From positions 96,001 through 160,000 of IMG/VR virus record IMGVR_UViG_2974655483_000001: a DNA stretch of 64,000 bases. One strand, given 5' to 3'. Below are positions 57,477-64,000 of this stretch, one piece after another. A program made the position numbers and the translations under genes. The notes under the pieces were generated by a model. It did no database searches. It was not told the DNA's origin and saw only the letters and a program-made list of their open reading frames with translations. Origin of the DNA: a virus. Taxonomy: Duplodnaviria; Caudoviricetes. The number at the start of each line of letters is the position of its first letter. Position 1 is the stretch's first letter.

Positions 57477-59773
57477 AAGAAATCCAGGTAATCAAGAGGG
57501 ATGGGGTGAGCGAACCTCTAAATCTTGATAAAATTCATGTGATGGTTGAGCGTGCTTGCAATGGACTTGCTGGTGTGTCTGAGTCTCAGGTAGAAATGAA
57601 TGCCAATCTACAATTTTTTGATGGCATTAAGACTTCAGATATTCAAGAAATCTTGATTCGTTCTGCTAATGATCTTATCTCATTAGATGCTCCTAACTAC
57701 CAGTTTGTTGCTGCTAGACTTCTTTTGTTTGGTCTAAGGAAGGCAGTATATAATGGACATCCAGATGGACATCCTCCCTTACTGGAGCATGTGGAGAAGT
57801 GTGTATCGAGAAAGATTTATGATGCGTCCATTCTTAAAAAATATACAGAGCAAGAGTGGGAAAAACTATCTGGTTATATGGATCATGAACGGGATTATCT
57901 ATTCACCTATGCTGGAGTACGACAGGTTGTAGATAAATACTTAGTGCAGGATCGTAGCACTGGGAATCTTTTTGAAACACCCCAGTACATGTACATGATG
58001 ATTGCTGCTACGTTGTTTCAAGATGACGATAAATTTTACAGACTAGAATACGTCAGAAAATACTACGATGCAATCTCCAAACACCGAATCAACATTCCAA
58101 CCCCCGTCATGGCAGGAGTGCGAACGCCTCTCCGTCAGTTTGCGAGTTGTGTTCTCGTTGATGTTGATGACACCCTCGATTCTATCTTTAGCAGTGACAT
58201 GGCTATTGGTAAATATGTTGCACAACGTGCAGGAATCGGCATCAACGCAGGTCGAATCCGTGGCATCAACGCTAAAATCAGAGGTGGAGAGGTACAACAC
58301 ACAGGCGTGGTCCCCTTCCTTAAAAAGTTTGAATCAACTGTACGATGCTGTACACAAAACGGCATCAGAGGTGGTTCTGCTACAGTTCACTTTCCTATCT
58401 GGCACCAAGAAATAGAAGACATTATTGTTCTTAAGAATAATAAAGGAACAGAAGACAACCGAGTGAGGAAACTTGACTACTCAATCCAACTATCAAAAAT
58501 TTTCTACGAGCGTTTCATTGCGAATGGAGAGATTAGCCTCTTCTCACCGCATGACGTACCAGGTCTCTATGATGCTTTTGGTACTGATACATTTGACGAT
58601 CTCTATGTACGCTATGAATCAGATGACTTTACTCCAAGAAAGACTATCGGGGCACAAGAACTCTTTCTAAGTCTCCTTAAGGAGAGAGCAGAGACTGGTC
58701 GTCTTTACTTGATGAATATTGACCACTGTAATAGTCACTCATCCTTTAAGGATAAGGTGAACATGTCTAACCTGTGTCAGGAAATCACCCTGCCTACTGA
58801 TCCTATTAGTCACATTGATGATCCTAAAGGAGAGATTGCTTTGTGTATTCTGTCTGCTATCAATGTTGGCAAACTAAAGAACCTTGATGAATTAGATGAA
58901 CTCTGTGACCTTGCTGTGAGGGGTCTGGATGCCTTGATTGATTATCAGGAGTATCCAGTTGAGGCAGCAAAGCAAAGCACCATAAACAGGCGTTCTCTTG
59001 GCGTTGGTTATATTGGTCTCGCACACTACTTGGCAAGGCATGGTGCATCATATGACAGTACTAAGGCACATGACCTAGTACATAAACTGACTGAGCGTTT
59101 CCAATTTGCTTTATTGTCAGCATCAAATAGTCTCTCAATGGAGAAGGGTCCTTGCGGATATTTTGGTAAAACTAAGTACGCTGATGGAATTCTTCCAATC
59201 GATACATATAAGAACGACGTTGATGAGATTGTACCGAATGACCTTCAGTGTGATTGGGAATTTCTTAGAGGCAGGATCAAGCAGTACGGTCTTAGGAACT
59301 CAACATTGTCCGCACAAATGCCATCGGAAAGCAGTTCCGTTGTGTCAAATGCAACCAATGGAATCGAGCCTCCTAGAGCATACTTGTCCATTAAGAAGTC
59401 CAAAAAAGGACCTCTTAAGCAGATTGTTCCACAGTATAGTACGTTGAAAAATGCATATACTCTGCTTTGGGACATGCCTAATAATGATGGATACATTAAA
59501 ATTGCTGCAGTGATGCAGAAATTCTTTGACCAGGCAATCTCTGGTAACTGGAGTTACAATCCAGAAATGTATCCTGATAATGAAGTGCCCGTGTCTGTGA
59601 TGGCAAAAGATCTTCTTACTACTTACAAGTATGGATGGAAGACTTCTTATTATCAGAACACATATGATAATAAGAAAGATGGCGATGAAGAACCAGCACC
59701 TGAAAGTGTTGACAATTTAATAACCGAACTGCTAGAATCCGAGGAGGAAGACTGTGAGTCCTGCAAAATCTGA
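57473..59773 (+). CDS. nrdA: Ribonucleotide reductase class Ia alpha subunit
   Basis: ATP cone VIKRDG, QFASC, SNLCQEI, TNGIEP, C-terminal CESCKI. Confidence 0.98.
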   Translation: MKEIQVIKRDGVSEPLNLDKIHVMVERACNGLAGVSESQVEMNANLQFFDGIKTSDIQEILIRSANDLISLDAPNYQFVAARLLLFGLRKAVYNGHPDGHPPLLEHVEKCVSRKIYDASILKKYTEQEWEKLSGYMDHERDYLFTYAGVRQVVDKYLVQDRSTGNLFETPQYMYMMIAATLFQDDDKFYRLEYVRKYYDAISKHRINIPTPVMAGVRTPLRQFASCVLVDVDDTLDSIFSSDMAIGKYVAQRAGIGINAGRIRGINAKIRGGEVQHTGVVPFLKKFESTVRCCTQNGIRGGSATVHFPIWHQEIEDIIVLKNNKGTEDNRVRKLDYSIQLSKIFYERFIANGEISLFSPHDVPGLYDAFGTDTFDDLYVRYESDDFTPRKTIGAQELFLSLLKERAETGRLYLMNIDHCNSHSSFKDKVNMSNLCQEITLPTDPISHIDDPKGEIALCILSAINVGKLKNLDELDELCDLAVRGLDALIDYQEYPVEAAKQSTINRRSLGVGYIGLAHYLARHGASYDSTKAHDLVHKLTERFQFALLSASNSLSMEKGPCGYFGKTKYADGILPIDTYKNDVDEIVPNDLQCDWEFLRGRIKQYGLRNSTLSAQMPSESSSVVSNATNGIEPPRAYLSIKKSKKGPLKQIVPQYSTLKNAYTLLWDMPNNDGYIKIAAVMQKFFDQAISGNWSYNPEMYPDNEVPVSVMAKDLLTTYKYGWKTSYYQNTYDNKKDGDEEPAPESVDNLITELLESEEEDCESCKI

Positions 59774-60914
59774 ACTACAAGGAATGACCGTATTTAACAA
59801 GAATAAAGTAGACACAAAGAAACAACCCATGTTTTTTGGGCAACCTCTTGGAGTGCAGAGGTATGATTCATATAAGTATCCTGTGTTTGACAAACTAACT
59901 CAGCAACAACTGGGTTATTTTTGGAGACCAGAAGAAGTATCCCTACAGAAAGACCGTGCCGATTACCAAACTCTATCGCCAGAGCAGAAGCACATCTTCA
60001 CTAGTAACCTTAAGTACCAAATCATGTTGGATAGCGTACAAGGGAGGGGTCCTGGGATGGCTTTTAGCCCTTACTGTTCACTCCCTGAGTTAGAAGCATG
60101 TATGAATGTGTGGCAGTTTATGGAGATGATTCATAGTCGCTCTTATACTTACATCATCAAGAATGTATATTCAGATCCTACAGAAGTCTTTGATACTATT
60201 TTAGATGATGAGCGTATTTTGGATAGGGCATCATCAGTGACTGAATCTTATGATGACTTTATCAATCACGCTCACGAGTATGATAATGGAACCATGTGGG
60301 AACTGGCAAAGGATGGTCACTATGCAGGACAGTTTGATCGTCGTGAACTGAAACGTAAACTCTATCGTGCAGTTGCTAATGTGAATATCCTTGAGGGTAT
60401 TCGTTTCTATACATCCTTTGCATGTTCATTTGCTTTCGGTGAGAACAAACTCATGGAAGGTAGTGCAAAGATTCTTTCATTGATTGCTCGTGACGAATCT
60501 CAGCATTTGAATCTGACTCAAAATATTCTTCGTAAGTGGTCGGAGGGTGATGACCCAGAGATGGAAGTCATTGCTAGAGAGGAACAATCATGGGTAATGA
60601 GTATGTTCCAGCGTGCTGTAGATGAAGAGAAGATGTGGGCAGAGTATCTATTTAAAAATGGATCTATGATTGGATTGAATGAGCGTCTTCTTCATAACTA
60701 TGTTGAGTGGATTGCTAATCGTCGTATGAAAGCAATCGGCATCAAACCTATGTTTGACATCCCTGCTAAAAACAATCCGTTACCTTGGACGGAGCACTGG
60801 TTAAATAGTAAAGGACAGCAAAATGCACCTCAAGAAACGGAGATTGAAAGTTATGTCATCGGAGGAATCAAACAAGACGTTGAAGCAAACACCTTCGCAG
60901 GATTCTCCCTCTAG
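59754..60914 (+). CDS. nrdB: Ribonucleotide reductase class Ia beta subunit
   Basis: FWRPEEV, EMIHSRSY, LEGIRFY, RDESQH. Confidence 0.98.
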   Translation: MSPAKSELQGMTVFNKNKVDTKKQPMFFGQPLGVQRYDSYKYPVFDKLTQQQLGYFWRPEEVSLQKDRADYQTLSPEQKHIFTSNLKYQIMLDSVQGRGPGMAFSPYCSLPELEACMNVWQFMEMIHSRSYTYIIKNVYSDPTEVFDTILDDERILDRASSVTESYDDFINHAHEYDNGTMWELAKDGHYAGQFDRRELKRKLYRAVANVNILEGIRFYTSFACSFAFGENKLMEGSAKILSLIARDESQHLNLTQNILRKWSEGDDPEMEVIAREEQSWVMSMFQRAVDEEKMWAEYLFKNGSMIGLNERLLHNYVEWIANRRMKAIGIKPMFDIPAKNNPLPWTEHWLNSKGQQNAPQETEIESYVIGGIKQDVEANTFAGFSL

Positions 60915-61242
60915 TGATGAATGCTATAGGGCAATCCTAGATGCAGCAGAACACGGTTGGGATGACCTATTAGATAAGGCAGACCAACCAGCAAACCCTT
61001 TCGCAGAAGAACTTTGGTTAATGGAAAAGAAAAAAGCACAGCAACAAAAAGAAACTGATGACATCGTTGTCAATATGGATGGTGGTGTTGGCGGTAGTTG
61101 GCAAACTGTAGAAACCCCTGAAGAACGCAACACCCGTCATAGTGTTGATAAGGGTGAAGAGTTTATCAAAAGTGGTATGACCCTTATCACAGACATTGAT
61201 AGTGATAAGTATCTTAAATCAGCACGACGCAATTCAAAATAA
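60823..61242 (+). CDS. Hypothetical acidic protein (start uncertain, overlaps nrdB end)
   Basis: Open frame filling the gap to 61242. Confidence 0.55.
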   Translation: MHLKKRRLKVMSSEESNKTLKQTPSQDSPSSDECYRAILDAAEHGWDDLLDKADQPANPFAEELWLMEKKKAQQQKETDDIVVNMDGGVGGSWQTVETPEERNTRHSVDKGEEFIKSGMTLITDIDSDKYLKSARRNSK

Positions 61243-61253
61243 GTATGCTACAA

Positions 61254-61261
61254 TATAAATA
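61254..61261 (+). promoter_or_regulatory. Late promoter TATAAATA (with TGCTACAAT extended -10 just upstream)
   Basis: Consensus immediately 5' of the structured RNA. Confidence 0.75.
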
Positions 61262-61287
61262 TAAGTGGCAGCGCAAGTTGCCATTTA

Positions 61288-61511
61288 CGTTCATCCCTTC
61301 GGGGACGCAAGTAAGTCGCGGAACGGAGCCGTTCATCCCATGCTAGAACTATTATTCTATTCGTCACTCACATGTGCTCAAGCTGATAGCATTATGCTAC
61401 GGATGAGAACAAATGAGAATATTCCTCCCGAATATAAGGTGGAATTGATTGAGGTCATGAAGGAATCAACGCCTGATTGCTATCCATGGGACGCAAACGA
61501 CTGAAGGAACG
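61288..61511 (+). ncRNA. Double glutamine-riboswitch-like element (glnA / Downstream-peptide family)
   Basis: Two CGTTCATCCC...GGGACGCAA...GGAACG units (61288-61325 and 61330-61511); upstream of a YRG peptide. Confidence 0.8.
61340..61504 (+). CDS. 54-aa ORF embedded in the riboswitch P2 stem-loop
   Basis: MLELLFYSSLTCAQADSIMLRMRTNENIPPEYKVELIEVMKESTPDCYPWDAND; GGAG at 61325-61328. Confidence 0.6.
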   Translation: MLELLFYSSLTCAQADSIMLRMRTNENIPPEYKVELIEVMKESTPDCYPWDAND

Positions 61512-61546
61512 GGGGAATAAACCACCCTAACTTCAGGAGTAACAAC

Positions 61547-61714
61547 ATGAACACATTACAAATGGTCAAAGAGCAGATCCAAAAGGCATCTGCAGTTCAC
61601 AACGCACAAATTTCTCACACTTCATATCGTGGTGTTGAGTATTCTACTCGTTGTGTAGAGTCTAAAGAGACTCATGGCACATTCTGTTATCGTGGTCGTA
61701 CTTACAGCAAGTAA
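61547..61714 (+). CDS. DUF4278-like peptide (55 aa, two YRG motifs)
   Basis: Translated by hand: ...HTSYRGVEY...FCYRGRTYSK; AGGAG SD. Confidence 0.85.
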   Translation: MNTLQMVKEQIQKASAVHNAQISHTSYRGVEYSTRCVESKETHGTFCYRGRTYSK

Positions 61715-61735
61715 ATATTATTTGCATACGAACAC

Positions 61736-61760
61736 AAAGCACCCTTAGGGGTGCTTTTTT
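61736..61760 (+). terminator. Rho-independent terminator
   Basis: AAAGCACCC-tta(g)-GGGTGCTTT plus T-run. Confidence 0.9.
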
Positions 61761-61796
61761 GCTATAATAAATACTGACAACCTATACGGGAGAGTC

Positions 61797-62453
61797 ATGA
61801 AACTTTTTCTGGACTGTTCTGACCCAGAGTTAATTGCCTCTGCATTTGAGACTGGACTAATAGACGGAGTTACAACAAACCCCAGTCTCATGTTGAAAGC
61901 AGGAGAGGATCCTAAGCATATCATCAAAGAAATCTCAGCAATCTTTCCATGGAACTCTTCAGTATCTGCTGAAGTAGTTGGAGATACTGCAGAAGAGATG
62001 CTTGATATGGCACAGGAGTACCTGGAGATCGGACCAAACATTACTATCAAAGTTCCATGCACAGTTGAAGGACTGAAAGCATGTAGAGAACTAGCAGACG
62101 AAGATGTACACGTAAATGTAACATTGATTTTTAGTACAGCACAAGCAATTCTTGCTGCAAAAGCAGGAGCAACATATGTTTCTCCTTTTGTTGGTCGTGT
62201 TTATGATCAGCATTGGAATGGAATCTATTTGATTGAACAGATTGCAGATGTATTTGCAACTCATCAGGTCAAAACTGAAATCCTTGCAGCATCTATCAGA
62301 GATCCTATTCAAGTAACAGATGCCTTTAAAGTGGGTGCTGATATTTGTACAATCCCATTACCCATGTTCTATCAACTCTACAAACATATTCTTACCGATA
62401 AAGGTCTAGAACAGTTTGATAAAGATTGGACATCACTACAAGAGAAAATCTAA
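61797..62453 (+). CDS. talC: Transaldolase (TalC type)
   Basis: DGVTTNPSL, IKVP, NVTLIFS, YVSPFVGR, LAASIR. Confidence 0.97.
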   Translation: MKLFLDCSDPELIASAFETGLIDGVTTNPSLMLKAGEDPKHIIKEISAIFPWNSSVSAEVVGDTAEEMLDMAQEYLEIGPNITIKVPCTVEGLKACRELADEDVHVNVTLIFSTAQAILAAKAGATYVSPFVGRVYDQHWNGIYLIEQIADVFATHQVKTEILAASIRDPIQVTDAFKVGADICTIPLPMFYQLYKHILTDKGLEQFDKDWTSLQEKI

Positions 62454-62620
62454 TGCCTAGGTCACAAATGTTGAAAGTTGATATGGAAGCCCGTCTTTAC
62501 AAATTAAAGACTGAGTTGTATGAAATGGAAAACCATAAAGGTAAAACTGGGCAATGGTGTGATGGTGCTCATCATGCCTACAACGAAGTTCTAAAAGTCC
62601 TACAAGAATATCGAGTATGA
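62453..62620 (+). CDS. Small hypothetical protein
   Basis: ATG overlaps talC stop. Confidence 0.65.
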   Translation: MPRSQMLKVDMEARLYKLKTELYEMENHKGKTGQWCDGAHHAYNEVLKVLQEYRV

Positions 62621-62769
62621 ATAAAAATAATTTAAAAGTCTTGATACACGACCTTGAAGTTGCTTTATACGAACTCAAGGCAGAAGTTTACTCCGATACA
62701 GAATCCTACCTAGATAGTGAGAATGTGAGACGAGTACACACATACGATGACGACGGAGAAACCGACTAA
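62617..62769 (+). CDS. Small acidic hypothetical protein (50 aa, LKAEVYSD)
   Basis: Translated by hand; ATGA overlap. Confidence 0.65.
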   Translation: MNKNNLKVLIHDLEVALYELKAEVYSDTESYLDSENVRRVHTYDDDGETD

Positions 62770-63205
62770 TGAAAAAGAAATTGACTATGAAAACCCCTGG
62801 ATTTTTGAAGGACAACCTTTTCTATCTAAGGACATTGACGACTATTATGGTTTTGTCTATTGTATTACAAATAGTCTCACTGGGAAGAGATACATCGGAA
62901 GAAAATATTTTCAGCAGTTACGAAAGCCTAGAACTGGAGGTAGGCGAGTTAAATCTGAAAGTGACTGGAAACGATACTACGGAAGCAGTGCTGAATTATC
63001 TGAAGAACGGAAGCGGTTCGGGAATCTTGCCTATAAACGGGATATAATCAGCCTACATAAAACCAAGGGACTCACAAACTTTGAAGAGACCCGACAATTA
63101 TTTCTCAATAATGTACTTACGGAGGCATTTGAAGATGGCACACCAGCATTTTACAACTCAAACATCCTTGGCAGGTACATGCGTAAAGATTATTTTAGAC
63201 CTTGA
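62747..63205 (+). CDS. GIY-YIG family endonuclease
   Basis: GFVYCITNSLTGKRYIGRK, YYGSS, FYNSNI. Confidence 0.85.
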   Translation: MTTEKPTNEKEIDYENPWIFEGQPFLSKDIDDYYGFVYCITNSLTGKRYIGRKYFQQLRKPRTGGRRVKSESDWKRYYGSSAELSEERKRFGNLAYKRDIISLHKTKGLTNFEETRQLFLNNVLTEAFEDGTPAFYNSNILGRYMRKDYFRP

Positions 63206-63239
63206 CGCTCGCTGAGTCGTCTGCTATAATTACAGGGTA
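63202..63239 (+). promoter_or_regulatory. Sigma70-type early promoter
   Basis: TTGACG-17-TATAAT with TG extension. Confidence 0.85.
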
Positions 63240-63256
63240 GTCAAGGAGAGTTCAAC

Positions 63257-63409
63257 ATGAACACAGAGTTCTACGAGGCATTGAGTAACGAAGACGCACT
63301 GCTCGACTTATTTGTTGATCAGTTACATCGTTTTGCTGAATTGGAATTGGAAGAACCTAAGACTACTACTGGGTCAGTAGCTCAGATGGATAGAGCAACT
63401 GCCTTCTAA
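63257..63409 (+). CDS. Acidic 50-aa ORF overlapping the 5' half of tRNA-Arg
   Basis: AAGGAG SD; frame runs into the tRNA and stops at TAA in the anticodon loop. Confidence 0.5.
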   Translation: MNTEFYEALSNEDALLDLFVDQLHRFAELELEEPKTTTGSVAQMDRATAF

Positions 63410-63444
63410 GCAGTCGGTCACAGGTTCGAGTCCTGTCTGACCCG
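63371..63444 (+). tRNA. tRNA-Arg (anticodon TCT), no encoded CCA
   Basis: GGGTCAG/CTGACCC acceptor stem, ACTGC-CTTCTAA-GCAGT anticodon arm, GGTTCGAGTCC T-arm. Confidence 0.96.
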
Positions 63445-63483
63445 TTGCCCTTCGGGGCATATGGTCTACCAGAGGTAAAGCAT

Positions 63484-63693
63484 ATGACTACAACGCAGAA
63501 GTTTTCTTCCTGTCTCGACATCCTTTCGGAAGCAGTTGACAGACAAGTAACACTTGACATTGAGTATCCTATTCTTTATAATAAAGTTGTGAAATTTTAC
63601 GAGGAGAAAGGTGTCAGTTTTTACGGTGATGTAGACGAAAATTATTTTATCCTTTTGAGTAAACTAGAACAAGACCTTTGTTATGTCAATTAA
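63484..63693 (+). CDS. Hypothetical protein
   Basis: GAGG SD, ATG 63484. Confidence 0.65.
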   Translation: MTTTQKFSSCLDILSEAVDRQVTLDIEYPILYNKVVKFYEEKGVSFYGDVDENYFILLSKLEQDLCYVN

Positions 63694-64000
63694 AAAGATA
63701 GTTGCTAAGTACGTCTCTCTAATCCAAAAGATTCCAGAGAGGCATTACTGGCCTATTTTTATTATCTTATCTTTATACTTCATCGTTCCGATGAGTGAGA
63801 TTACAGTCACACTTGCAGCAATCCTCTATTTCAAATTTGAAAAGAGGATCGCCCCAGTGGTAGGCAAACTCACCAAGAGATTGCCTAACTGGTTGAGGTT
63901 TGGTGGTAGTGTCATCTTCTTCCTTGTGATGATTGATGACACCTTGTTCTATTTTGCCTTGATTGCTCTAGCATTCTGGAGCAGTCGGCAGATCAAAAAC
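63683..64000 (+). CDS. Multi-TM membrane protein, 3'-truncated by window edge
   Basis: Open frame MSIKKIVAKY...YWPIFIILSLYFIVP...VIFFLVMIDDTLFYFALIALAFW. Confidence 0.65.
   Translation, partial: MSIKKIVAKYVSLIQKIPERHYWPIFIILSLYFIVPMSEITVTLAAILYFKFEKRIAPVVGKLTKRLPNWLRFGGSVIFFLVMIDDTLFYFALIALAFWSSRQIKN

Noticed and set aside
42054-60914. Introns or inteins in gp43, gp41, nrdA or nrdB
   Set aside because: All are uninterrupted and of ordinary length, with contiguous motifs.
61265-61339. GTG-started 79-aa extension of the riboswitch-embedded ORF
   Set aside because: The GTG is only 3 nt past the late promoter, lacks an SD and lies in the 5' hairpin. ATG 61340 has a GGAG upstream and is preferred; leaderless initiation is not excluded.

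Overview
A gene-dense, AT-rich, almost entirely plus-strand segment of a T4-like cyanomyovirus (Kyanoviridae-type; host probably a marine Synechococcus or Prochlorococcus). It runs from the end of gp15 through the packaging and virion core (gp16-gp23, gp3), recombination and late transcription (uvsY, uvsW, gp55, gp47, gp46) and replication (gp45, gp44, gp62, regA, gp43, uvsX, gp41, gp61, nrdA, nrdB). Auxiliary genes include petE, pstS, hsp20, talC, purS, mazG, a cobS-like AAA+ ATPase, dam, a pyrimidine-dimer glycosylase, four 2OG-Fe(II) oxygenases and tRNA-Arg(TCT). The most striking non-routine structure is at 61.25-61.76 kb: two interlocked glutamine-riboswitch-like aptamers, with a 54-codon ORF embedded in one aptamer stem-loop, lie upstream of a DUF4278-like YRG peptide. 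Other highlights: a ROSE-like RNA thermometer over the hsp20 ribosome-binding site with pstS coupled directly behind it; a glycine-rich gene flanked by a 32-bp direct repeat just before gp17; proteins with T4-like capsid-targeting N-termini, including a nucleotidyltransferase next to ligase-like and nuclease-like genes; a convergent module of secreted and membrane proteins; and an ORF whose stop codon lies in the tRNA anticodon loop. All calls come from motif recognition and synteny by eye; no database searches were run.
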